Positions 10,373-22,526 of a stretch of DNA of 52,210 nt are shown one piece after another. The position numbers and the translations under genes are program-made. The notes beneath the pieces are model-generated. The model worked only from the letters and a program-made list of their open reading frames with translations. It was not told the DNA's origin and searched no databases. The stretch covers positions 1-52,210 of the forward strand of contig LT642160.1 in assembly GCA_900128585.1 (NCBI GenBank). The letters run 5' to 3'. The stretch comes from Stramenopiles sp. TOSAG23-3. Its lineage: Eukaryota. The first letter of the stretch is position 1; each line of letters begins with the position of its first letter.

Positions 10373-11584
10373 ATGTTGTTCAAGGTTTTTCTTTTGATCC
10401 TGGCCACAGCGTCGGCCGCGGACATACTAAACGTAAAGAACTGTCCAGGTGTAGTCGCGGACGGAGACACCGACGACACGGCAAGCATACAGAAATGCAT
10501 CGATGCCCAAAGTGGGTCATGCGGAAAAATTTTATTCCCAATAGGTCGTTACATGATAAAGGGCTCGATTTTTTTCGACAGCTGTGGCGGACAAATCGAA
10601 ATTGAGGGCGAAGGAGAAGAAACGGTCTTCATCTGGGGTTCGCCTGCCGACATGTTTGTTTGGGGAGACAAAGCAGGCGTTGTGGGTCGGTCCAGTTTTG
10701 CTTCGTTCTCAATTCTTGCGTCTGTGGTGTCGAAGGCACCGAATGCCACCGCTATTCGTTTTACAAATGGGCTGGTCCAATCTACAGTGAACGATATCCT
10801 GGTAATATCCGACGACCAAGCCAAAATTTACCCGATGAATGTTCTGGACCTTGGCTTGGTCACCGACACCGTCCAAATAACGAACCCCCTGTTTCAGAAT
10901 GTGCATGGCACGGGCATAAAGGTGGGCAGAGGGTCGGAAGTTAGGGTAGTGGGAGGCCGTATCTTTGGGCAGTTCGATAATAAAAACTGGATAAAAGGGT
11001 CTGTCGGGATGCATGTGACAGGGAATAATGGTGGCGTCCACATCGTTTCTACTGACCTGATCGCACTGGAGAATGGGCTTTTGTTGGAAAATTCAAATGG
11101 CCAAGGATCGAATCGCGAAATTTTTCTGTCGCAAACAACGGTGGATTCAAACTGGAGGGGTTTAACAGTAAATGACAACAGTTACGTGGACTTCTCCGGT
11201 GTATGGACCGCCAGTTCTGGGGACGCCAATATTTACGTTGATGCGAATGCGTCCCCCATAATTTCGCTGCATGGTGGAACCATTTTCAATTCCGGCACCT
11301 ACAGTGCCGGAGGCAACAACGACGCGATAGCTTGGCATGGGACTGGGTCGTTCGTCCTTTCGGGTGTGACTGTGCGAAACAATAAAGGGCGAGGAATATG
11401 GATTGATAATCCGTCCATGTCGAACTTTATCGTTTCGGGTTGCAACTTTTATGGAAACGGTATGAATTTGGATATAGTAGGTGATAGTTACACCATCACT
11501 GGATCCATCTTTCAAAGTGGACAAAAGGACAACAAAATCGGACCTTCAAAAAATGCACAAATTGGGCTTAACATTGGTTTGTGA
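10373..11584 (+). CDS. Secreted right-handed beta-helix protein (pectate lyase 3 / pectin-lyase-like superfamily)
   Basis: Signal peptide MLFKVFLLILATASAA, then NVK..GVVADGDTDDTASIQKCID...ILFPIGRYMI and Asn/Gly-rich beta-helix repeats. Confidence 0.8.
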   Translation: MLFKVFLLILATASAADILNVKNCPGVVADGDTDDTASIQKCIDAQSGSCGKILFPIGRYMIKGSIFFDSCGGQIEIEGEGEETVFIWGSPADMFVWGDKAGVVGRSSFASFSILASVVSKAPNATAIRFTNGLVQSTVNDILVISDDQAKIYPMNVLDLGLVTDTVQITNPLFQNVHGTGIKVGRGSEVRVVGGRIFGQFDNKNWIKGSVGMHVTGNNGGVHIVSTDLIALENGLLLENSNGQGSNREIFLSQTTVDSNWRGLTVNDNSYVDFSGVWTASSGDANIYVDANASPIISLHGGTIFNSGTYSAGGNNDAIAWHGTGSFVLSGVTVRNNKGRGIWIDNPSMSNFIVSGCNFYGNGMNLDIVGDSYTITGSIFQSGQKDNKIGPSKNAQIGLNIGL

Positions 11585-11888
11585 ATTCAAAAAAATATTG
11601 TCGTCTATTATTTATAGGATATATATATTTTAGGATAATATTTAAGTAATAAAAATGTAGCTTTCTCGTGTACCGCGAAAATGAATCTGCTCCTTTTGTA
11701 TCCATTAAAGGTTTACGTTCCTTCATGTACTGCGAAATGATCTGTACCATTGTGATTTTACTAATCTCAATATATATACCCCTGTCACGTAATAACAGCC
11801 AATTTTTCGTTTTTATTTAATAAATGTACTACTTATTTTTACCGGAACTCAGAGGGGTCAGGAAGGTATGGATGGGACTTTCAAACGC

Positions 11889-14172
11889 TTATCGTGCCAT
11901 TGTCATTGCCAGCAGGTACCGGTACGATAGCTTGAAGGCCTGCTTTGCTTCTTTTATTTCCTCTCTTTTTCTTTCTCTTTCTTCTCTTTTTCTTTGTTTT
12001 TCTTCTCTTTTTCTTTGTTTTTCAGCTTCTCTTTCTTCTCTTTTTCTTTGTTTTTCAGCGCCTCTTTCTTCCCTTTTTCTTTCTCTTTCTTCTCTTTTTC
12101 TTTGTTTTTCAGCGTCTCTTTCTTCCCTTTTTCTTTCTCTTTCTTCTCTTTTTCTTTGTTTTTCAGCGTCTCTTTCTTCTCTTTTTCTTTCTCTTTCTTC
12201 TCTTTTTCTTTGTTTTTCAGCCTCTAACTCTCTCAGAGCCAGTTGTTTTTTTTTTTTTTTTTTTTTTTTGGGCGGAATAAATCGACGTTTGGCAACTTTC
12301 GTTAACCAATGTTCTGCCGCATCCCTGTCGTCGAATGTTTTACTGTAACCGACACTTTTTACGGTAATCTTCGCGTGATACCGGGTTCCCTTTGAAGTCT
12401 TCCTTACTAAACAATGCCCATATTTTCGTCGTCTCCGTTTTGGTCGTTTCCGTTTCAGATGATTTGACTGTCTGGGCGGAACCAATCGACCTTCGGCGAT
12501 TTCCGTTAACCAATGTTCTGCCGCATCCCTGTCGTCGAATGTTTTACANNNNNNNNNNNNNNNNNNNNNNNNNNNNNNNNNNNNNNNNNNNNNNNNNNNN
12601 NNNNNNNNNNNNNNNNNNNNNNNNNNNNNNNNNNNNNNNNNNNNNNNNNNNNNNNNNNNNNNNNNNNNNNNNNNNNNNNNNNNNNNNNNNNNNNNNNNNN
12701 NNNNNNNNNNNNNNNNNNNNNNNNNNNNNNNNNNNTCCTCGTCCTCGCTGGACTCTTCCTTGTCCTCGCTGGACTCTTCCTTGTCCTCGCTGGACTCTTC
12801 CTCGTCCTCGCTGGTCTCTTCTTCCTCCTCGCTGGACTCTTCTTCTTGTGTTGACTTCTTGCTGTATTTAGTAGGTGCGGGCGGAACCAATCGACCTATG
12901 GCAACTTCCGTTAACCAATGTTCTGCCGCATCCCTGTCGTCGAATGTTTTACTGTAAACGACATTGTTTACGGTTATCTTCGTGCGGTATCGGGTTCCCT
13001 TTACAGTCTTCTTTTCTTCACAATGCCCATATTTTCGTCGTTTCGGCCCTGCCGGTGGAAATAAGTATTTTCCCATTTGCGACATAAGACGTACGCTCCT
13101 CTTTTCCTCGCTGGACTCTTCTTCTTCCTCGCTTGGCTTAAAGTACATTGGCGTTGGGCATCGAACAACAACGCGGCGCCTCTTGTCTGTGGGCGGTCGT
13201 CTCCGCTTCAGTGGTTTTGACTGTCTGGGCGGAACCAATCGACCTTCGGCGATTTCTGTTAACCAATGTTCTGCCGCATTCCTGTCGTCGAATGTTTTTG
13301 TGTAACCGACATTGTTTCTGGTTATTAGCGCGCGGTATCGGGGTCCCTTTCCATTCATTCTTACTGCACAATGCCCATATTTTGACTTCTTGTTGTGTTT
13401 AGTAGGTGCGCTCGGAACCAATCGGCCTTCGGCAACTTCCGTTAACCAATGTTCTGCCACATCCCTGTCGTCGAATAATTTACTGTAACCGACTTTGTTT
13501 ACAGTTATCCTCGCGCGGTACCGGGTTCCCTTTGAATTCTTCTTTACTTCACAATTCCCATATTTTCGTATTCTCCGTTTTGGTCGTTTCCGTTTCAGAT
13601 GATTTAACGGTCTGGGCGGAACCAATCGACCTTCGGCGATTTCCGTTAACCAATGTTCTGCCGCATCCCTGTCGTCGAATGTTTTACANNNNNNNNNNNN
13701 NNNNNNNNNNNNNNNNNNNNNNNNNNNNNNNNNNNNNNNNNNNCGACCCGAGGTGTTTCCTCTTTTCCTCGCTGGACTCTTCTTCTTCCTCGCTGGACTC
13801 TTCCTCGTCCTCGCTGGACTCTATCGCGTCCTCGCTGGACTCTTCTTCTTCCTCGCTGGACTCTTCCTCGTCCTCGCTGGACTCTTCCTCGTCCTCGCTG
13901 GACTCTTCCTCGTCCTCGCTGGATTCTTCCTCGTCCTGAGGTTGTGTTGACTTCTTGTTGTATTTAGTAGGTGCGGGCGGAAACAATCGACCTTCGGCAA
14001 CTTCCGTTGCCCAATGTTCTGCCGCATCCCTGTCGTCGAATGTTTTACTGTAACTGACATTGTTTACGTTTATCTTCGCGTGGTACCGGGTTCCCTTTGC
14101 AGTCTTCTTTACTTCACAATGCCCATATTTTCGTCGTCTCCGTATCAGTGGAATTGGCTGCAATGAGTTCAT
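11889..14172 (-). CDS. Multi-repeat protein with at least 7 AP2/integrase-N-terminal-like DNA-binding modules, acidic EEESSED tracts and a charged C-terminal helix; spans two N gaps; start uncertain
   Basis: Modules YGxCxxxxxxKGxRYxxxIxxxxVxYxKxFDDRxxAEHWxTxxAxxRxxPx at 14127-13975, 13688-13614 (partial), 13562-13410, 13379-13227, 13031-12879, 12548-12474 (partial) and 12422-12270. Basic NLS-like linkers. In-frame ATG at 14172. Confidence 0.7.
11960..12222 (-). repeat. Coding tandem repeat, 54-bp unit (AEKQRKREERERKREERD)
   Basis: Three full copies plus truncated copies in the translation. Confidence 0.9.
13765..13937 (-). repeat. Coding minisatellite, 21-bp unit (EDEEESS); second tract at 12736-12846
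   Basis: Repeated CTCGCTGGACTCTTCCTCGTC on the + strand. Confidence 0.9.
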
Positions 14173-14897
14173 TAGTTTGCTTATCGGAGAGTTATTTGCC
14201 CTAGATTCTTCCAGCAGTTTTGCCACACAGTCCTCGCACTTTTGTGCTGAAAATGAAAAGAAATTTTCTGCTTTTGTGAATATCAGCCAAGTCTTTCACA
14301 TCTGCGAATCAGACCCATCATGTTTTCATACAAATTTTATTAGAAGACAAGTCACGGTACGGTACCAGATACTGGTGCGTATGGTACACGTACCTGTTGT
14401 ATTGTAAAACCTGAACTCTTACCGTACTCACTCACATGAAGGAAAACTTTATTTAAAATTTAAAAAATTCGTAAAAAAATACAGTTTGCTGCTATTCAAT
14501 AAATAAAATTGTATTTTTTAAATGGGAAGAAAAAAGAATTCCGATGTATTATTAATATTAAAATAACAGTCGTCTACGTAGCAGACAACAACAACAAAAA
14601 ACGACAGATGGCGAGAGAATGAGATGAAGAGTACGTAGTATTAATACGTAAGGTGATCAAAAAATAATAATTATAATTCAAACAAAAAAAAAACAAAAAA
14701 ACAAAAAACAAAAAAAAAATAGAAAAAAAAAATATTTAAAAATTTTTGATTTTATTAAATACCTTGGTAATATTATACTACTAACCATTAAAAAAAAGAA
14801 GAAGACAGTTTCTTCGTGTTGAAACATTGATCGGACGGGACGGGAATTTGCAATTGGAATGACCGTTTGTTTATCAATTTTATGACATATGTATTGA

Positions 14898-17241
<2,344 letters not shown>

Positions 17242-17615
17242 ATCGAAGGGATTGAGGGTGCACAGGGTTTGCTTTTCCGAGACCTGGTGTGTCAGAAAAG
17301 ACGGGCCATGTTCTTAATTTTATAAAACTATAAGAGTCCTCATTTTAACATAAGCGAGGGACGAAAATATTTTTTTATAACAATGTTTATCATTTAACCC
17401 TCTTTGAAAAAATTTATATAAGCTTGTGCGTCCAATAAGAATTACTCTGTAAGTTTTTAGATATGCCTTTTCGTGTTTTGTACTTTACTTTTCTGATATT
17501 CCCTTTCGTCCATGGACCGTGGTAGCGCCTTCTTCTTCTGCGGTGAGCCTTTCTTCTTTAGCGGAGAGGTTTTCTTCCTCTTTGGAGAAGCGAAGGTGGG
17601 GTAAGCGAGCAAGTC

Positions 17616-18329
17616 ATGGATCAATTTCTTCAAATAATCATTTTTGTCAACCACCCGCAGAGAGCTGCATACCTCTCTAAGCTCCTTCGCAGCCTAGATC
17701 TGAGCTTGGGCAAGTGGAACGAGATGTTTCGGGTAGTTGTGGTCATCAACAAAGGCTTCTCGTCGGAATTTGCGGAAGTTTTTCAACGGTACGGTTTGCA
17801 GAAAACAGTCGTTGTGCACAAGAACGAAGAAATAAACGAGCTATGGAATCGCATTAGTGCCGTGTCATCGTCGGATACGCGGATATCCCTTATTCTTCAC
17901 GACAACGTGGAAATAGTTGGCCTGCTTCACCTCGAAGAGATCAGGACTGCCTTCGCCATACATTCCGACTTGGCATTGATCGACTTAACAGAGCAGTATG
18001 GGTCGACGTCGCTGCCCATGACGCCCCACTACGTTGGTCTAGGACTTTACAAGTGGACATGGACACGAAGTAACACCTTACCAATCGCTCTGGGCCCAGC
18101 AACCTTGCTAAAGACATCCGACTTTAACTTCTTTTTGGGAATCCTGCCGTCTATCCGAACGGAAAGAGAGAATCATTTGAACGAACGGAGCCCAGGGTCC
18201 ATCCACTACCAGCTGGAATTTGCCCTCAACTCCAGCCCGGAGATACAATCCCTTATGAACCGGGAGCGCGCATTTTGCGGATGTTTAGCTGGTCCTCCAA
18301 GGGCAAGGGTTCAGAAGGATGTGCTGTAG
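17616..18329 (+). CDS. Hypothetical protein, possibly a degenerate GT-A-fold glycosyltransferase-like domain
   Basis: 237-aa ORF with coding-like composition. IIIF..PQRAAYLSKLLRSL and LILHDNVEI resemble GT-A beta-alpha and DxD regions. The 5' end is unclear. Confidence 0.45.
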   Translation: MDQFLQIIIFVNHPQRAAYLSKLLRSLDLSLGKWNEMFRVVVVINKGFSSEFAEVFQRYGLQKTVVVHKNEEINELWNRISAVSSSDTRISLILHDNVEIVGLLHLEEIRTAFAIHSDLALIDLTEQYGSTSLPMTPHYVGLGLYKWTWTRSNTLPIALGPATLLKTSDFNFFLGILPSIRTERENHLNERSPGSIHYQLEFALNSSPEIQSLMNRERAFCGCLAGPPRARVQKDVL

Positions 18330-19595
18330 TGTTGACACTTATGCCCGCGCACCGATGTACTTGGTATGAATGACAAATTTGTTAATTTAAGTGCGTGTAG
18401 GATTCGATCTTAAGAAATAATGTTAATGCTATTCCTATGTAATTGTATCCTACTTTTAAAAAAAATGAAAGACGACCGTCGTTGTTTTTATTTAAGTTAA
18501 TTGCCCTGGTAGACACCTGTTCAAACAAGTGTTCAGTGTCCTTGGCGCGAAAAAAAATCCGACTCGATTTTTAAAGTACGGAAGCGCTTGGACAGAAACC
18601 AACAAAGAAAAGACAAGAGGACGCCTAATTGCACAAGTTTAGACCAGGTAATTGCTCCCGGCACGATGGCCGTCCTTCAACGAACGTTTATAAATTGTTT
18701 GCCCTGAATTGACTTGGAAATGCGGTTCCTAGGGACAATTTTTTCGGAAATGAACGATTTCACCAAAACACCACCGGAACAAACACTTATTCATTTGTTG
18801 CCGTTAGAAAAATGAACCGTACTGGCAGATTTTTATAAATTAGAAAGCACTTTTGGCTGTTTAAATTTATAAAAATTATTCTTTTTTCATAAAGATCTCT
18901 TTGTCTCAAATAGTTAACACAAAGTCGTTAACACTTTTTCCATTTCGCGCCAAAGATAGTCGTCAACCGGAAAATCGGACATCATCCCTCGCGTTCCTTT
19001 GCTCTGTCTTTGTTGTACGGCCTTTTGGTTGGTATTAATACGGGTATACCATGTATAAATATAATAGCGTTTTAACAACAAAAAATTATGGGATACGTTC
19101 AATTATTATTAGTACTCCTCGTACTATTATAAAATTGGTACAGGTACCCGGTACCTGGTAATACCAGGTATTACCAGGTTCCCGTACCGGTACGGTACAT
19201 CCCGCTGCCCGCTGCCGTTTTTTTTTTTAATTCTTATTTTTTTTTTATATTATTATTTCATCAGTTTTAGTATTTCACACGCTTGTACCAAGTATTAATA
19301 GTATGAGGTAGACTAAGTATTATTTTTTTTTACTTTATTGGAATTATTAGTCGTCTGAAAAAAAAACTTTAAAACTCTAATTTTTTAGTCGTCTGATATT
19401 TAAAAAACATTGGCTGATGTTATTAGGACTATTGTTGCCTCTGACATGCCAAATATATCCCCTCTAACGAATTCAGGTGTGCGAGTTGTCTCCTTTTTAA
19501 TAATTTTAAAGAGTATGACATTATTCATATATCATGATTTTTTATTATCTACGAAGTACGTACTCTATACCTCTTTTGACTTTTGAAAAATCTCC

Positions 19596-21170
19596 TCACC
19601 GACCTACCTCCTCAAGGCTTTGTTCCTTCGCGCCGCCGTCTTCCTTGCTAACGATTAACGGCATGGTGAGCATTGTAACGTTCTTAGACGGGCCATTGTT
19701 CACCGCGTCGTGTTTCGTGGGAAGCTCCACCGTAGCTCGAACGGGCATTTCTAAAATTTCGTCGGGCGACTTGATGCGAATGGTCTCAGAAAACTTGCCC
19801 TGCCGCTTGGCCGTAAATACAACGATGACTGTTCGGGCTATTCCAGGGGCCATTTGCCCCGCAACCGTAAAGTGGCACCGTAGTTCGTTGGACCGTGGAG
19901 GGATAAGAACTACTCGTGTGCTTTGAACGCTAATATTTAAAATGTTGAACGTGGCCTGGTACATTTTTCCAAGGCACAGACGTCCAAAGTTGACGACCCC
20001 TGGCTTTACTTCGAGAACGATGCCGGGACGGATAGAGATGGCCTCAAACTGAGAGGGTTCTCCGAAGACCGTGCTGCCCAGTTGTTTCATAGAAGACGTT
20101 GCCGACATGCCGTACGTGCTCATTTCCCTATCAACACTGCTGCAGGGCGCAGCAGTGTAAGTCTTGGAACCCATCAAGATCGACGACCCCGTGCTCGACA
20201 GCAGGGACGTCTCCGACCGCGATTGCCTCAGGGCGGACGCGCTGGCATTGTTCGTCACTCTGCGGACGGGTCCCTCGATGTGGACGAATCGATCGTTCGT
20301 CACCTTGTCCAGGTCATATTTTACTACACTATTTACACGAACGGGCGTTTCCCTCGGCTCTCCCAGGATATCATAGAGGCGGCAAGGCAGGCCGTGAAGG
20401 TGGTACGTGTGTCCAGGCAGCCCCGCGGGCTTGGCCGCGGCGTACCGCGAGGTCTGTCCGTACTTGTTCTTCAGTACTTGCGAGGCGGAGGCATCCACGT
20501 TCTGAGAGGCCGCGAACGAGGTGCTGCTGGAATCCTGCAGTAAATGCCCCCCGGCGCCCTTGCTGCTTCCCCGGTCGGGGATGCTCCAATCAATGTCTTC
20601 GTTCAGAATGTCCATCTCCTCTGCGCGCTCCAGCTCAGCGTCTTGGTTGGTAATAAATAGACTGGTATTGATACGGTTGTCCGCGGCGCCAAGCCATAGC
20701 TGAAGCTCTCCCTCGTCCATGTCCACTATCGCTTCCCCCGGGAGCCCAACAGGGACCGCCCCGTCGAAGCTGGGTGTGTCGATGATGTTTACCAGCTTCC
20801 TCGCGTGGTCGGCCAAGTGGCTTAAGCGGCTGCTGCCCCCCCCCACTTTAATGTTCGAATCGAACACGCTTCTCAACAGATGCAGCGCCTTGTCCCGAGG
20901 CACCCGGTTTTCCGGAGGAGTAAACTGGGCCTGGAACAGCTTTTCAAAAATTTCCCTAGTATTTACAGACAGTTTGGTTCGCAACGTTGACTCCCACTCA
21001 GATTCTAGCAAGCTAGTCCCCGACAATGGCTTCTCGGACTCATCAATGTACTTCTGAAGCTTGGCTTCCTTCTCGTTCATCCGCGCGCGCCGGAGGGCCT
21101 CTTCGAACCCCTCCGGATCGGCCAAGAAAGCCTTCCCAGTATCGGTTCCCCAGTACGACGAGTTTGACAT
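19596..21170 (-). CDS. Protein with C-terminal flagellar-associated PapD-like/ASH Ig domain (likely ciliary)
   Basis: VLEVKPGVVNFG...YQATFNILNI...GQMAPGI....VVFTAK..G.FSETIRIKS..EILEMPVRATV. First ATG at 21170. Confidence 0.7.
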   Translation of the reverse strand: MSNSSYWGTDTGKAFLADPEGFEEALRRARMNEKEAKLQKYIDESEKPLSGTSLLESEWESTLRTKLSVNTREIFEKLFQAQFTPPENRVPRDKALHLLRSVFDSNIKVGGGSSRLSHLADHARKLVNIIDTPSFDGAVPVGLPGEAIVDMDEGELQLWLGAADNRINTSLFITNQDAELERAEEMDILNEDIDWSIPDRGSSKGAGGHLLQDSSSTSFAASQNVDASASQVLKNKYGQTSRYAAAKPAGLPGHTYHLHGLPCRLYDILGEPRETPVRVNSVVKYDLDKVTNDRFVHIEGPVRRVTNNASASALRQSRSETSLLSSTGSSILMGSKTYTAAPCSSVDREMSTYGMSATSSMKQLGSTVFGEPSQFEAISIRPGIVLEVKPGVVNFGRLCLGKMYQATFNILNISVQSTRVVLIPPRSNELRCHFTVAGQMAPGIARTVIVVFTAKRQGKFSETIRIKSPDEILEMPVRATVELPTKHDAVNNGPSKNVTMLTMPLIVSKEDGGAKEQSLEEVGR

Positions 21171-21556
21171 TTTACACTGTTGACGCGAGACGAGTACCTG
21201 ACGGTGGTAGAGAAAAAAGCCGTACACAAACTACGAAAGAACGAATGAGAATTAAAGATGGCGAACTTTAAAATACAATAACCAGCGGAACTTTAATACA
21301 ATCGTACATTTACAAATGTGTCTACTTTTGTCTCTCTCTTTTGTGTTGATAAAATACAGAAGACGACTTACTAGACTTCAAAATAATAATAATAATTAAT
21401 TAGACGACTACGAGGTAGTCTAATAATAATAATAAATAAATAAAAAAAACAGCAACATACGAGGATATAAATACAGAACCAAAATTACGGCGGCGGTGGT
21501 AATATATAAAATAATAAAAAAAAATTAATTAGTCTAACCGACCGTCGCTAATTTGC

Positions 21557-21559
21557 TTT

Positions 21560-21634
<75 letters not shown>

Positions 21635-21648
21635 NNNNNNNNNNNNNN

Positions 21649-21708
<60 letters not shown>

Positions 21709-21736
21709 TTTCTTTCTTTCTTTCTTTTTCTTTCTT
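21557..21736. repeat. (TTTC)n microsatellite with an N gap
   Basis: Directly visible. Confidence 0.97.
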
Positions 21737-22526
21737 CGCTAAAAAATTTCTTCTTTTTCAATTATTATTTTTTATTAATTATTTTTACTCTCTGTTTGTT
21801 GTGCTGCTGCTATAATATTATTATTTATAATAAAATAATTAATAAAACAATTGAACGGATAAAAAAATAAAATACTGAAGAACGACTACCGAACGGGGGA
21901 GACAAACAATCTATTTTTTCAATCTGTGACCAAGACAATACTCATACTAAATAATGCTTCTATGAATAGAAAATAGACACATAGTTTAAGTATATATAGA
22001 CTACAAATATATTATTAGTTTAATTAAATATAATATTATAATTGTATTATTATAATTATAATATATATATCCTTAATTTAGAATACAATAATAATAGCAT
22101 TTTAAATTATACATTCCTCTTCTTTCTTCTTTCTTCTTTCTTCTTTCTTCCTCCTCTTCTATTTTTTTTTTACATTTATTTTTTTTCTCTCGTTTTTTCT
22201 TAGGTAGCTCTTAATAATAAAAAAATTATTATACGAAGTACATGTATTACACTTCTTATACAAATTGACTAATATATAGATGAAAACAACAATGAAACAA
22301 GAAAATTGATCGTTTCAAAGCCAACAGTTGCAGACATTACAGCCAAACTGTTACGACTGAACATTTTCCCATCAACTTATTGGGTTATCGGTCCAGAAAC
22401 AGCCCCCAACCCACCCCACCCACCCCACCCCGTGTCTTCGCCAGGGCACTGTCTACCGTTGCGCTTACATAGACACTGGGTTCGCTCGCCTGGGGAACGA
22501 ACAGCACTGTATAGAAACTAGGAAAT

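Noticed and set aside
12736-13937. Regular short repeats as a possible CRISPR array
   Set aside because: Units are contiguous, in-frame coding minisatellites with no unique spacers and no cas genes, in a eukaryotic context.
11824-13967. Hydrophobic or Ser-rich + strand ORFs
   Set aside because: They are antisense shadows of the repetitive - strand gene.
14248-14300. Possible 53-nt GT-AG intron on the - strand extending the AP2-like gene to an ATG near 14322
   Set aside because: It is frame-compatible and has a pyrimidine-rich acceptor, but the donor is weak and there is no transcript evidence, so it was not annotated.
19018-19028. CGGCCTTTTGG resembling the 5' end of U2 snRNA
   Set aside because: The following conserved CTAAGATCAAGTGTAGTA is absent.
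21534-21870. KERK/FFLS repeat ORFs
   Set aside because: They are translations of the (TTTC)n microsatellite.
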